From the NCBI GenBank assembly GCA_963765575.1, contig CAVXWZ010000011.1:32001-96000 (forward strand): DNA of 64,000 bases, written 5' to 3'. The position numbers and the translations under genes were made by a program. Shown here one piece after another: positions 1 through 15,667 of this stretch (the stretch's first letter is position 1; each line of letters opens with the position of its first letter). The notes below the pieces were generated by a model that worked only from the letters and a program-made list of their open reading frames with translations, was not told where the DNA came from and ran no database searches. The stretch comes from an uncultured cyanobacterium (GTDB taxonomy: Bacteria; Cyanobacteriota; Cyanobacteriia; PCC-6307; Cyanobiaceae).

Positions 1-899
1 GAGCCGCCCACCACGATCAGGAAGCCCTGGGCCAGGGGACTGATGGCGATCAGGGGCTGGAGCTTCAGCAGCACCCAGCCACCACCGGCCACGACCACCG
101 AATTGCGCAGCACCGACGAGGGCACCGGACCCTCCATGGCTTCATCGAGCCAGAGGTGGAGTGGGATCTGGGCGCATTTACCCATCGGTCCGGCGATCAG
201 GGCGACCAGGATCAGGCCGAAGCCCCGGGGCAGGCTGTCCGGGTTGGCGTGGGTTGCGGCCCAGTCGGCGAGACCCTGGAAGTTCCAGGTGCCTGTGATC
301 GGCAGGATCGCCACCAGGCCCACCAGCAGGATCAGATCACCGATGCGTTTGGTGAGGAAGGCATCGCGGGCTCCTTTGACCACCAGCGACTGGTTGTACC
401 AGGTGCCGATGATCAGGTAGGTGCCGAGGGTGAGCAGTTCCAGGATCACATAACTGATGAACAGCGAGTCTGTAAGCACCAGAGCGCAAAGACCGGCCTC
501 AAAGAAACTGAGCGCCCCGAAAAATCGTGGCCAACCCCAGTCCATCTCGAGATAGCCAATCGTGTAGATCTGGGTGAGCACATGTAAGCCCGTGATGATC
601 ACCATCGCCAGCAGGGCGGGTTGGGTGATCAATCCGTCGAAGCCGATGCTCAGTCCGGCGGTCGAGAGCCATGTCCAACTGACGTGGATCTCGGTGGCGG
701 GGTTGTCACCCAGCAGGGCCAGCGTGCTGTGGAGCAGGGCCACCACGGCCATCGCCAGGTTCACGTAACCGCTGGGTCGCGGCCCCGTGCGGGAGATCAG
801 TCCGGGGGACCAGGCCAGGGAGGCGAAGGCGGCGACGAGCGGGTAGATGGGGACCAGCCAGGCCGTCTGCGTGAAGTTGGCGAAGAGTCCAAGGGCCAT
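1..899 (-). CDS. ndhF3: NAD(P)H-quinone oxidoreductase subunit F3 (NDH-1 CO2-uptake complex), runs off the window start
   Basis: Manual translation from ATG 899: MALGLFANFTQTAWLVPIYP...WSPGLISRTGPRP...YLEMDWGWPRFF...NQSLVVKGARDAFLTKRIGD...HLWLDEAMEGP. The LEMDWG and NQSLVV motifs fit NdhF3 better than NdhF4. Confidence 0.85.
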   Translation of the reverse strand, partial: MALGLFANFTQTAWLVPIYPLVAAFASLAWSPGLISRTGPRPSGYVNLAMAVVALLHSTLALLGDNPATEIHVSWTWLSTAGLSIGFDGLITQPALLAMVIITGLHVLTQIYTIGYLEMDWGWPRFFGALSFFEAGLCALVLTDSLFISYVILELLTLGTYLIIGTWYNQSLVVKGARDAFLTKRIGDLILLVGLVAILPITGTWNFQGLADWAATHANPDSLPRGFGLILVALIAGPMGKCAQIPLHLWLDEAMEGPVPSSVLRNSVVVAGGGWVLLKLQPLIAISPLAQGFLIVVGG

Positions 900-945
900 T
901 GGGAAGGTGGTTGTTGGCTGGAACGAAATGCGGGAATTAAAACAG

Positions 946-1000
946 CTTCAATGAAACAGGTGCCGTGAAATCGGTTTTTCCGAAATAAGTTTCAATGAAA
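946..1000. promoter_or_regulatory. Paired dyad (T/C)TTCA-A-TGAAA upstream of ndhF3, candidate operator
   Basis: ttcaatgaaa at 947-956 and 991-1000; 990-1000 is a perfect TTTCA-N-TGAAA dyad in an AT-rich intergenic region. Confidence 0.45.
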
Positions 1001-1194
1001 TATCGCGACACTCGAGGGGGCGATTCAGGTCGCCCCAAGCCTGAACTGGAATGCTAAGGCTATCCAATTTGCTGCGATCTTACTGGGCTGATCATCGCAA
1101 CAGCGTGCCTGTTTGAACGCGTTTTGCTATCGGCCCCAAAAGCATTCTTAATCAAGCTGTCCTTCGCTGGGCCCACTGCAGCTCCGGGTGGGAG

Positions 1195-1704
1195 TCACAG
1201 CCACCACCAGTCGCTGAAGCGGGCCGCCTGGCCGCAGGGCCGGCCCTGCCCATCCAGCAGGGTCCAGAGGCGAGCGCCGCGGATCCGAAACGGGCGGCCA
1301 GCGCTGTCCACGCGGATGCCGCTGTAGTTCTCCAGGGCCCCACCGGCCGCGGCCCGTCGCAGCGCCTGGCCGCGACCCGGCCGTTCCGCCGCCGGCGCCG
1401 TGAGCCTTGAGGGCAGCCCCACCATCTGCGCCCAGGGCCGGCGCCAGAGGCGCAGCGCCGCCCGGTTGGCGTAGGTGAGGCGCGGCCCGGGCTCGGCCCC
1501 CGGGTCCTGGCCGTCGTGGGCCAGCACCACCAGCGGCGCGGCGAACAGGGCCTGGGCGCGCTGCTGGGGCCAGGCCTCGCCAGCCGGCAGCGCCAGCAGG
1601 GGCCTGCCGAAGGCCTGCCGGTAGCTATCGAGAAGGCGCAGCGCCAGCGCCACCCGGGGCTGCTCCAGCCAGGGCGCCTCCCGGAAGGGCGCAGCCTCAG
1701 GCAC
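1195..1704 (-). CDS. MEKHLA domain protein
   Basis: LLDSY...LFAAPLVVLAH...YANRAALRLW...LPSRLTA...YSGIRVDSAGRPFRI motifs. Confidence 0.85.
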   Translation of the reverse strand: MPEAAPFREAPWLEQPRVALALRLLDSYRQAFGRPLLALPAGEAWPQQRAQALFAAPLVVLAHDGQDPGAEPGPRLTYANRAALRLWRRPWAQMVGLPSRLTAPAAERPGRGQALRRAAAGGALENYSGIRVDSAGRPFRIRGARLWTLLDGQGRPCGQAARFSDWWWL

Positions 1705-2596
1705 CGCCGCCCGCGCCCTCGTTTAGACCGTTGCCCATCGCGCGTGCCATGGCCAGGTTGACCATGGCCTCGCCGTGGGCGCGGATGTGCTCGAGGAAAT
1801 GCTGGTTGGCCTCAGGGAAGCGGGGCTCCTCGGCCAGGGGCAGGGGGCCGGCGGCATCCAGCCCGGTGTCACCCTCGAGGGCCGGGGTGATCACCACCAG
1901 GTCTGGGTCCAGGGCGGCGCCATAGCGCCACCAGCGCGTGGGGTCGGTGATCGCCGCATGCACCGGCGGTGGCGGGGCCTCCGCCGCTGGCGGCTCCTGC
2001 CCGGCCGAGCGGGCCTGGCGGGCCTGGCGGGCCAGGGCCCGGCGGCGGCGCTTGGCCAGGTCGGTGAGCAGCTGGGAGCGGGTGCGGCCGCGCAGCTGAA
2101 ACAGCACGAAGGGATCCTCGCTGAAGCGCTCGCCCATCAGATAAAACACGGCGCTCACGTGCTTGCAGGGGTTGGCCTTGTCGGGACAGCTGCACTCGCT
2201 GCGCACCTCCTGGAGCTTGAACGGGAACAGCCGCTTGCCGCTGGCGGCGAAGGCGCGCTCGATGTCGGCCGGCATCACCCCGGCGAGCAGCTGGGCCGAC
2301 CAGCGGGCCTTCTGGCTGAGGGCATCGAGCACGTAGCCCCAGTCGTCATCGCTGAGCACATCGAGCCAGAGCTTCACCTTGTAGGGCTCGTCGTCGCTGC
2401 CCTGGACACGGGCATGCACCCGCCTGCCCTCGAAGCGGATCGAGCTGACGTTGCCGGAGCGGGCGTACTCCCAGGCCCGCTCGAGGCGCTTCTTGAAGCG
2501 GTAGGCCTGGATCAGCTCCATCCACTGCTCCACCCACCAGGGCTGATGGGCCAGTCCCTCGTCGCCGAGCTGGGTGTTGATGGGAGCGTTGGTCAT
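1697..2596 (-). CDS. SWIM zinc-finger family protein
   Basis: CSCPDKANPCKH SWIM motif and EDPFVLFQLRG; typical partner of the SNF2 helicase. Confidence 0.9.
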   Translation of the reverse strand: MTNAPINTQLGDEGLAHQPWWVEQWMELIQAYRFKKRLERAWEYARSGNVSSIRFEGRRVHARVQGSDDEPYKVKLWLDVLSDDDWGYVLDALSQKARWSAQLLAGVMPADIERAFAASGKRLFPFKLQEVRSECSCPDKANPCKHVSAVFYLMGERFSEDPFVLFQLRGRTRSQLLTDLAKRRRRALARQARQARSAGQEPPAAEAPPPPVHAAITDPTRWWRYGAALDPDLVVITPALEGDTGLDAAGPLPLAEEPRFPEANQHFLEHIRAHGEAMVNLAMARAMGNGLNEGAGGGA

Positions 2597-2630
2597 CGGA
2601 TCGGAACGGTGAGAGCAGTGTGCGGGCGGT

Positions 2631-3266
2631 TCAGCGGGGCGCGGCGGCGGCGGGCCGGTCCGGCATCAGCGACCGGGTGGCCAGGGCCAGCACCACGGCG
2701 TTGAGCAGGTGCCAGAGCAGATGGGTGCCGATGGGCAGCCAGGGGCAGAGGAGCTGATCGCTGCTGCGCAGCAGCAGAGAGACGCTGAACACGCCCCCTG
2801 CCAGCAGCAGCTGGGGATGGCGCCGCTGCTCCCGCCAGCCCAGCAGCAGCAGCACCAGCAGGGTGGGGCTGTAGGCCAGGGAGCCGTTGAGCAGCTGGGG
2901 AGCCGTGCGGCCGGCCAGGGTCGCCAGCAGGAACAGGCCCAGCAGCAGCAGCGCGCCCGGGGTGCCCAGCGCGGCGCGGCGACGCAGATACAGCCAGAGG
3001 AACAGCAGCTGGAACAGCAGGATCGGCAGCACATCGGCCACCAGAGCCCAGGTGGTGGCGACGGTGTGCAGCAGGCCGCTGCCCACGCCGATGGCCACCA
3101 CCAGCACGGTGAGGCCGGCGATGCCCCGATCCCCCCGCACCCCCAGCCGCCGGGCCCTGGCCTGGATCCACCAGGCTGCGAGCAGGAAGGCCCCGTTGGT
3201 CACGGCATTCAGCGGTTCGGCCAGCAGGCCAGGCCCCAGGCGTTCGCAGTACAGATCCAGGGTCAT
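2631..3266 (-). CDS. Ceramidase-like (CREST superfamily) membrane protein
   Basis: YCER...AEPLNAVTN, GSGLLH, D in ADVLPI, GTHLLWH; multiple hydrophobic segments. Confidence 0.75.
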   Translation of the reverse strand: MTLDLYCERLGPGLLAEPLNAVTNGAFLLAAWWIQARARRLGVRGDRGIAGLTVLVVAIGVGSGLLHTVATTWALVADVLPILLFQLLFLWLYLRRRAALGTPGALLLLGLFLLATLAGRTAPQLLNGSLAYSPTLLVLLLLGWREQRRHPQLLLAGGVFSVSLLLRSSDQLLCPWLPIGTHLLWHLLNAVVLALATRSLMPDRPAAAAPR

Positions 3267-3289
3267 GGCTCCTCCGGGTCAGCTGTGGC

Positions 3290-6200
3290 TCAGGCATCGC
3301 TGAGCGCCACGAGGTCGCGCAGCTGGCCCACGTCCAGCCCCCCCAGCCAGTCTTCGCCGGACCCCACAATCTCCTCGGCGAGCCTCGATTTCTCGCGGAT
3401 CATGCGGTCGATGCGCTCCTCCACCGAGCCGCTGGTGATGAACTTGTGCACCATCACCCGGTTCTGCTGGCCGATCCGGTAGGCGCGGTCGGTGGCCTGG
3501 TTCTCCACCGCCGGATTCCACCAGCGGTCGATGTGGAACACATGGCTGGCGCGGGTGAGGTTGAGGCCCACGCCGCCGGCCTTGAGCGAGAGCAGGAACA
3601 GCTGCGGGCCGCGGGGATCCTCCTGGAAGCGGTCGACCATCGCCTGGCGCTCGCTCTTGCTGGTGTTGCCGTAGAGAAAGGGCACCTCCTGGCGCCAGCG
3701 TCGCTGCAGGTGGGCCTGGAGCAGGTGGCCCCACTCGGCGAACTGGGTGAACAACAGCGCCCGATCGCCCGCCTCGATCACCTCCTCCAGGATCTCCTCG
3801 AGGCGCTGCAGCTTGGCGCTGCGGCCGCCGAACTCGTCGGCGCCGCTGCCCTGCAGCGCCGTGGTGCTGGGTTCCTTGAGCGCCAGGGCCGGGTGGTTGC
3901 ACACCTGCTTCAGCTTCGTGAGCAGGGCCAGCACCTGGCCGTGCTTCTGGCCCAGGGGCGCCCGGGCGATGGCATCGAGGCTCTCGTCCACGGTGCGGGT
4001 GTAGAGCTTGCGCTGCTCGGCGCTGAGGCCCACCCACTCCTGCAGCTCCACCTTCTCGGGCAGGTCGGAGATGATCGATTTGTCGGTCTTGAGGCGGCGC
4101 AGGATGAAGGGGCCGACGCGGGCCTTGAGGTCGCGCAGGGAGGCCATGTCGCCATAGCGCTCGATCGGCAGCCGGTAGCGCTGCTGGAAGAAGGCCTCAT
4201 CCCCCAGCACCATCGGGTTGAGGAAATCCATCAGCGCCCACAGTTCGCCCACCCGGTTTTCCACCGGTGTGCCGGTGAGGGCGATCCGAAACCGGCTGCC
4301 CCGGCTCGCCCGTCCCCCCCGGCCGCCGCCAGCGGTGCCGCCGCCATTGCCGGTCCGGGCCAGGTCGCGGGCCGCCATCGACTGCTTGGCCTGGGGGTTT
4401 TTGATCGCCTGGGCCTCGTCGATCACCACCCCCTGCCAGTCGACGCTGTCCAGCAGTTCGCTGTCGCGCTGCAGCAGGCCATAGCTGGTGAGCACCAGAT
4501 CCGTGCCCTTGAGGGCCTTCTTCAGGGCCGTCTCGCTGGCGGCGCGCCGGGGCCCGTAGTGCTCGTGCACCCCCAGCTCAGGGGTGAAGGCCGCCGCCTC
4601 CCGCTTCCAGTTGGTGAGCACCGAGGTGGGGGCCACCAGCAGCACCGGCCGCTTCAGCTCCTCCTCGGCCTTGAGGTGTTGCAGGAAGGCCAGCAGCTGG
4701 ATCGTCTTGCCCAGGCCCATGTCGTCGGCCAGGCAGGCGCCCTGGTCGAAGCGGTGCAGAAAGGCCAGCCAGCCCAGACCCCGCTCCTGGTAGGGGCGCA
4801 GCTGACCGCAGAAGCCCTCGGGGGCGGGCAATGGATCGGGGGCCTTCTGCTGGTGGTATTGCTCCAGCACCGCCTGCAGCCGCGGCCCGGCGGTGAAGGC
4901 GTGCACCGGCAGGCGGTGAAAGGTGTCGCCCTCGCTGGCGGTGAGCCGCAGGGCATCGTCGAGGCTGAGGCCCGGATCTGTGGCGCAGAAGCGCTCGGCG
5001 TTGCGCAGGTCGCTGGGCCGCAGCTCGATCCACACCCCGGCGTGTTGCACCAGGGGGCTGCGCTTGGCCGACAGCCGCTCCAGCTCGCGCAGGTTGAGGC
5101 TGACGCCGCCGATCATGAACGCCCAGTCCCACACCAGGCTCTCGCCCAGGGTGAAGCCCCGGGAGGTCTTGGGCAGCTCGGCCGTGATCGCCAGCCCCAG
5201 CCGGCTGGCCAGGCCCCCGGAGAGGCTGCTGGGCAGCACCACACCCACGCCCACGTCACGCAGCTGGGCCGCGGCGGTGCGCACGAGCACGAAGGCCTCG
5301 GCCGGTGTCAGCTGCATGCCCTCGGGGGTGGCCGAATCCAGACCCCGCTCGATCGGCTCGAACACACTCAGGGCCCGGCCCAGACCCTCCAGCAGCAGTT
5401 CGCTGGGCTGGGGCACGGCCACCTCCCCGAGCTGGAGGGTGCGATCGCCGCCCCCCCAGGCCGCCGCCGCCGGCACCCGCAGGCTGGGGTCGGCTTCCGC
5501 CTGCAGGCTGAAATTCAGCTCCCACAGCTCCTCCCCCTCGGGGGGGGTGAACAGCTCCAGGCAGGCCCGCGCCGGGGCCACCCGGCCCGCCACCGCCTCC
5601 CGCCAGTGGTGGGTGGCGATGGTGAGGCGTTCCTGGTCCTCCTCGTCCAGCCGCAGGCTGCCGTCGCCCCTGCTGAGGCCCTTCTGCCAGCCCAGCAGCA
5701 GCGGGTCGAGGCCGTCGGGCTCGGGCTGGAACCCGGTTCGCACCTGGCCGTCCAACAGGGCGGCGAGCAGGCTGGCCACCCTCAGCCGGCCGCTGCCGGG
5801 CCGCCGGCAGGCCAGGGCGGGATCACTCTCCAGTCCGGCCGCCAGGGCGCAGGTGGCCACCTGGGGGATGCCCATCGCCAGCTCCTCCAGCCGCCGGCGA
5901 TCGCTCTCCCGGTTGAGCAGGGGCTGCCAGCGGGCCCGGTCCTCCTCGATCATCGGCAGCCAGCGGCCCCGGGCGATCAGGCTCAGGGCCCAGCGCTGCA
6001 GATGGCTCCACCAGCGCAACTCATCGGCCATCTGGGCATGGCCGGCGGCCAGGGGCAGCCCACTGAGCCACTCGGCGGCGCCCGCCGGATCGAGGGCCCA
6101 GCCCTCCACCTGCCAGGGCCACCACTCCAGCTGCCTGGGGATCGGCTCGCCCGCCTGCAGCGGCAGACCGCTCCAGTGCTCGCCGCGCCCACGGCGCTGG

Positions 6201-6445
6201 CCCCGGCTGGCCTGGGTGCGGCTGGGCAGGGTGAGGGTGGCGCCGGCCGGCCGCAGGGCCTCGCTCCACATGCCGTTGTCGTCGAGCCAGTCGGCCACCT
6301 CGTCGGCACTCAGGGCCAGGGGGTGGGTGGGCACCTCCCGCTCAGGCTGCACCGGGCTGGCGACGCGCCAGGTGTCAGCCCACAGGAACAGGCGTCCCCC
6401 GGGGCCTTCGGGGGGGAACAGCCAGGTGGCGTGCAGCAGGCTCAT
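3290..6445 (-). CDS. SNF2-family helicase
   Basis: LADDMGLGKT, DEAQAIKN, ALTGTPVEN, SLKAGGVGLNLT, QATDRAYRIGQ. Confidence 0.95.
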   Translation of the reverse strand: MSLLHATWLFPPEGPGGRLFLWADTWRVASPVQPEREVPTHPLALSADEVADWLDDNGMWSEALRPAGATLTLPSRTQASRGQRRGRGEHWSGLPLQAGEPIPRQLEWWPWQVEGWALDPAGAAEWLSGLPLAAGHAQMADELRWWSHLQRWALSLIARGRWLPMIEEDRARWQPLLNRESDRRRLEELAMGIPQVATCALAAGLESDPALACRRPGSGRLRVASLLAALLDGQVRTGFQPEPDGLDPLLLGWQKGLSRGDGSLRLDEEDQERLTIATHHWREAVAGRVAPARACLELFTPPEGEELWELNFSLQAEADPSLRVPAAAAWGGGDRTLQLGEVAVPQPSELLLEGLGRALSVFEPIERGLDSATPEGMQLTPAEAFVLVRTAAAQLRDVGVGVVLPSSLSGGLASRLGLAITAELPKTSRGFTLGESLVWDWAFMIGGVSLNLRELERLSAKRSPLVQHAGVWIELRPSDLRNAERFCATDPGLSLDDALRLTASEGDTFHRLPVHAFTAGPRLQAVLEQYHQQKAPDPLPAPEGFCGQLRPYQERGLGWLAFLHRFDQGACLADDMGLGKTIQLLAFLQHLKAEEELKRPVLLVAPTSVLTNWKREAAAFTPELGVHEHYGPRRAASETALKKALKGTDLVLTSYGLLQRDSELLDSVDWQGVVIDEAQAIKNPQAKQSMAARDLARTGNGGGTAGGGRGGRASRGSRFRIALTGTPVENRVGELWALMDFLNPMVLGDEAFFQQRYRLPIERYGDMASLRDLKARVGPFILRRLKTDKSIISDLPEKVELQEWVGLSAEQRKLYTRTVDESLDAIARAPLGQKHGQVLALLTKLKQVCNHPALALKEPSTTALQGSGADEFGGRSAKLQRLEEILEEVIEAGDRALLFTQFAEWGHLLQAHLQRRWRQEVPFLYGNTSKSERQAMVDRFQEDPRGPQLFLLSLKAGGVGLNLTRASHVFHIDRWWNPAVENQATDRAYRIGQQNRVMVHKFITSGSVEERIDRMIREKSRLAEEIVGSGEDWLGGLDVGQLRDLVALSDA

Positions 6446-6455
6446 CCCAGGGTGA

Positions 6456-6917
6456 TCAGGGCCGGTGGGTGGAGGCCTGGGCGCCGACGGGTGGGTCGGC
6501 GGTGCGCGATGGCAGGACGCGTTGCGCGACCAGGCGGGCTCCGTGCAGCACCAGGGCGGCGCCGACCAGCGGCAACCAGGTGCGAAACAACCCCATCATC
6601 ACAGTCGGCGCGACCCCCAGCAGCGCCGCCGGCAGCGGCGTCTGCTCCGGCCAGGGCGCGATCGCCGGCAGCCCCAGGCTGTGGATGCCGCACACCGCCC
6701 CCACCAGGCCGGCCTGCAGATGGCTGTCGTCGGGATCGACCCGCTGCAGATGGAAGGCCAGCAGGCCGTAGAGAAGGCCGCAGCCGCCGGCCCGCAGGGC
6801 CGCTTCCAGACCCAGCGGCAGGCCCAGCAGCAGGGCGGCGAGGCCGGCCGTCAGCGCCCAGACGAGCGAGCGCCGGCGCAGCTGCTGGCGGGATGGCGAG
6901 GTGGCGGCCTGGCTCAC
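6456..6917 (-). CDS. Hypothetical membrane protein
   Basis: 153-aa ORF with hydrophobic segments, directly upstream of the SNF2 gene. Confidence 0.6.
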   Translation of the reverse strand: MSQAATSPSRQQLRRRSLVWALTAGLAALLLGLPLGLEAALRAGGCGLLYGLLAFHLQRVDPDDSHLQAGLVGAVCGIHSLGLPAIAPWPEQTPLPAALLGVAPTVMMGLFRTWLPLVGAALVLHGARLVAQRVLPSRTADPPVGAQASTHRP

Positions 6918-6976
6918 GGTGGCGCCCCGGAGGGCAGGGCCTGTGCCGGGCGATCATGCACCCCTGCCGGTCCGCC

Positions 6977-8020
6977 ATGCCGCCCCAGCGCACCCTCCAC
7001 CTCCACGCCGGCCCCCACAAAACCGGCAGCACCTACCTGCAGGCGCGGCTGCAGTGCAATCGGCGGGCGTTGGCACGGCTGGGCCTCCGCTACCCCACCC
7101 CCTGGGGGGAGCACTCCCACCGCCACCTGGCGCGGGCCCTGCGCGGCGGCGGGCTGGAGGCCCTCGACCAGCTGCTGCGGCGGCAGGGGCGCTGGAGCGG
7201 CGACCTGCTGCTCAGCGCCGAGCACTTCGTGCCCCTGCTGGGCCGGCCGGCGGGCCTGGAACAGCTGCGGGCCAGCGCCGCGGCCCACGGCTACCAGCTG
7301 CACGTGATCAGCGTCGTGCGTCCCCAGGAGGAGCTGCTCAATTCGTTTTATTGCCATGCGCTGGGGCGCCTCTACGGCAGCCCCGCCTTCCGCCCCTATG
7401 TGCGCGCCCAGCTGGCCGGCCGGCGGGTGCGCGGTGCCGCCCGCCGCCGCTGGATCCGCATGGCGCCGCTGGCCCTCGATCTCGAGCGGCGCTTCGCTCC
7501 CCTGCTGGCGGCGGCGGGGGTGCGCGCCTCGTTTGTGCCCTACCGCCCGCGGCAGGGGGATCTGTTCGAGCAGCTGATCGCGGCGCTGGGTCTGCCCGCC
7601 GCCGCCTGGACGCCGGCACCGCCGGCCCAGGCCAACGAACAGCTGGGCCGGCGCGGCCTGGGTCTGGCCTTTCTGCTCAACCAACGGCTCGATGAGCTGC
7701 CGCTGCGCCGCAACCGCCTGATCGCCGACCACGGCCTCAACCGGCTGGTGGACCGCCTCCGCGCCCTGGCCCGGCAGCAGGGCTGGGTGCAGGAGCGTTT
7801 CAGTGGCTGGAATGCCCCGCTGCTGCAGCGGGTGCGGCAGCGCTACGGGGGGGGCAATGAGCGCTTCGCCGCGCGGGTGTGGGGGCAGCCCTGGGCCGCC
7901 TGCTTCGACGATCCCGAGCTCCCTGGGCCGTCGGCGGCGGGACTGCTGCTGGAGCCTGAGCTGCGCCGCCAGGCCGACCAGCTGTACGCGGGCTACCGGC
8001 GGCGCTTGCCGGTGAGCTGA
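6977..8020 (+). CDS. Sulfotransferase-like P-loop protein
   Basis: N-terminal LHLHAGPHKTGSTYLQ, LLLSAEHF, VVRPQEELLNSFY. Confidence 0.7.
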   Translation: MPPQRTLHLHAGPHKTGSTYLQARLQCNRRALARLGLRYPTPWGEHSHRHLARALRGGGLEALDQLLRRQGRWSGDLLLSAEHFVPLLGRPAGLEQLRASAAAHGYQLHVISVVRPQEELLNSFYCHALGRLYGSPAFRPYVRAQLAGRRVRGAARRRWIRMAPLALDLERRFAPLLAAAGVRASFVPYRPRQGDLFEQLIAALGLPAAAWTPAPPAQANEQLGRRGLGLAFLLNQRLDELPLRRNRLIADHGLNRLVDRLRALARQQGWVQERFSGWNAPLLQRVRQRYGGGNERFAARVWGQPWAACFDDPELPGPSAAGLLLEPELRRQADQLYAGYRRRLPVS

Positions 8021-8054
8021 GGTTCTTACCCTGCGGGCTGCAGATCCGCTCTCG

Positions 8055-13536
<5,482 letters not shown>

Positions 13537-13693
13537 CCCCGGCGACAGACCGCTCGCCCGATCGGCGCTGGGATCAGGAGCTCTTGAAGGATCGGCAACC
13601 CCTGGTCGACTGCGGCTCCATCAGCTGGGGCACGTGCGTTCCGTGATCGAAGTCAGTTCGTGATCCAGCTCTGCCCGTGATTGAGGTCAGTTC

Positions 13694-15610
13694 GTGAGCA
13701 AGTCCGGCGCTCGTTCCTGGCTGCGCAGCCATCTGGTGTTCGTGGTCTGGGCCTCCGCCTGCACGGTGGGGTTTGCCCTCTTCGCCAACACCTATGACCA
13801 GTGGCAGCTGATGGTGGCCACCCGCACCCAGGAGTTGCGGGGGCCCCGGCAGCCGCCGGCTGGGGTGGTGATCGTCGCCATCGACGACGCCAGCCTGGTG
13901 CAGGGGGCCAACGCCGATCTCAGTGACGACCCCGAGCTGCGTCGTCTGGTCAGCTGGCCCTGGCCCCGGGCCATCTACGACCGGGTGCTCGATCGCCTCT
14001 TCGCCGCTGGCGCCCGGGTGGTGGGTTTCGACCTGCTCTTCGACGGTCCCAGCAGCCATGGCCAGGAGGACGATGATCGCTTTGCCCGCGCCCTGGGCCG
14101 CCATCAGGGCCAGGTGGTGCTTGGCGCCCAGGTGTTCGAGACCCGTGGACGGGTGGGCGGACTCACCCTCAGCAGTCCGATCGACCAGCTCGCCGCCGCC
14201 GCCGGACCGGCCAGCTCCGGTCTGCTCAATGGCCTGCAGGATTCCGATGGCTACATCCGCCTGCGGCCCACCACCTACGCCGCCCAGCTGAGCCGCAGCG
14301 GCGTGCTGGATGTTCCGCCCGGCCTGGCCGATCGGCTGATCGACAAGGGCGATCTCCAGGAGCTGCCCCCACCCCGCCTGGCCTCCTCCTGGCGCCCCCT
14401 GGTCGATCCCTACGGACCGGCCCGAACCATCGCCACCATCCCCATCTGGGAGGTGCTGGAGACCTCCGGTTTCGAGCGCCTGCTGGAGACTGGCGTGCTC
14501 CAGGGGCAGACGGTGCTGATCGGCCCCACCGCCAGCGTGTTGCAGGACATCCACCGCACCGCCTTCGCCGGGGCGGAGGGGATGCCGGGGGTGGAGATTC
14601 ACGCCACCGAGATCGCCAACCGCCTGGAGGGACGGGCCCTGTTCGTGCCCTACATCTCCCCACGCTGGGCACCACTGGTGGGCCTGGGGGTGCTGTTGCT
14701 GGGTTTGCTCTCGACGCGCTGGGAGCGGCCCCAGGTGCGGCTGGGTGCCCTGGCCTTGAGCGCCGGGTTGCTGTTCCTGGTGGCCCTGATGCTGCTGAGT
14801 TCCCAGGGACTGGGCATCGTGCTGGTGGGCCTCTCGGGCCTGATGCTCGCCACGGGCCTGGTGAGCGCGGGGGAGGCCACGGTGCGCCTGCAGCTCAACC
14901 GGCTGCGCCTGCGGCGCATGCTTGAGCGCTACCTGTCTCCGGCCGTGGCGTCCCAGATCGCCAGCCAGCCGGAGGAAGCCGATGAGCTCCTGGGCGGCCG
15001 GGTGTCCGAGGTGGTGGTGTTCCTGAGCGATGTGCGCGGATTCACCCAACTCACCACCCGCATGAGTCAGGAGGGGCGTGCCGGCGAGCTGGTGGCCCAG
15101 CTGAATGAGTATTTCGCGGTGATGGTGAGGGTCCTCCAGCGCCATGGCGCCACGATCGACAAATACATGGGCGATGCGGTGCTGGCGGTGTTCGGGGTTC
15201 CCCTCAGCCGGGGTCTGGCAGCCGAAGTTCAGGCGGCTCTTGAGGCCGTCAGCGAGATTAAGGAGGAATTCGCCGAACTCAATCAGCGCTGGATCGCCCA
15301 GGGCAGGGAACCCTGGAAGCATGTCCTGGTCCTGGCCGGCGGCCCTGTGATCAGCGGCAACATCGGCTGCGCCAACCGCATGGACTACACGATGATCGGC
15401 GACACCGTGAATCTCGCCAGCCGCCTCGAGTCGGTGGCCAAGCAGCTCGGCAGTGACGTGGTGATGAATCGGATCGTGGTCCGGCAGGCTCGCCAGGAGT
15501 GGATCATGCAGTCTCTGGGCGATTTCGAGATCCGTGGTCAGGGCAGCCAGGATGTGTTCGCTCTGATCGGCCGCCAAGACGATGATCCCGAACCCGATGA
15601 GGGTACCTAG
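13694..15610 (+). CDS. CHASE2-domain class III adenylate cyclase
   Basis: IVAIDDAS...WPWPR...VGFDLLF (CHASE2), transmembrane segments, SDVRGFT, DKYMGDA, YTMIGDTVNLASRLE. Confidence 0.92.
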   Translation: MSKSGARSWLRSHLVFVVWASACTVGFALFANTYDQWQLMVATRTQELRGPRQPPAGVVIVAIDDASLVQGANADLSDDPELRRLVSWPWPRAIYDRVLDRLFAAGARVVGFDLLFDGPSSHGQEDDDRFARALGRHQGQVVLGAQVFETRGRVGGLTLSSPIDQLAAAAGPASSGLLNGLQDSDGYIRLRPTTYAAQLSRSGVLDVPPGLADRLIDKGDLQELPPPRLASSWRPLVDPYGPARTIATIPIWEVLETSGFERLLETGVLQGQTVLIGPTASVLQDIHRTAFAGAEGMPGVEIHATEIANRLEGRALFVPYISPRWAPLVGLGVLLLGLLSTRWERPQVRLGALALSAGLLFLVALMLLSSQGLGIVLVGLSGLMLATGLVSAGEATVRLQLNRLRLRRMLERYLSPAVASQIASQPEEADELLGGRVSEVVVFLSDVRGFTQLTTRMSQEGRAGELVAQLNEYFAVMVRVLQRHGATIDKYMGDAVLAVFGVPLSRGLAAEVQAALEAVSEIKEEFAELNQRWIAQGREPWKHVLVLAGGPVISGNIGCANRMDYTMIGDTVNLASRLESVAKQLGSDVVMNRIVVRQARQEWIMQSLGDFEIRGQGSQDVFALIGRQDDDPEPDEGT

Positions 15611-15667
15611 ATTAAAAGCCTGGGTTCATAACCTCCCGATCCATGCGCTCCCAAGCCATACCCATCC

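Noticed and set aside
3446..6976. 1524-aa plus-strand ORF
   Set aside because: Antisense shadow of the SNF2 gene in high-GC DNA; only the part from ATG 6977 looks like a real protein.
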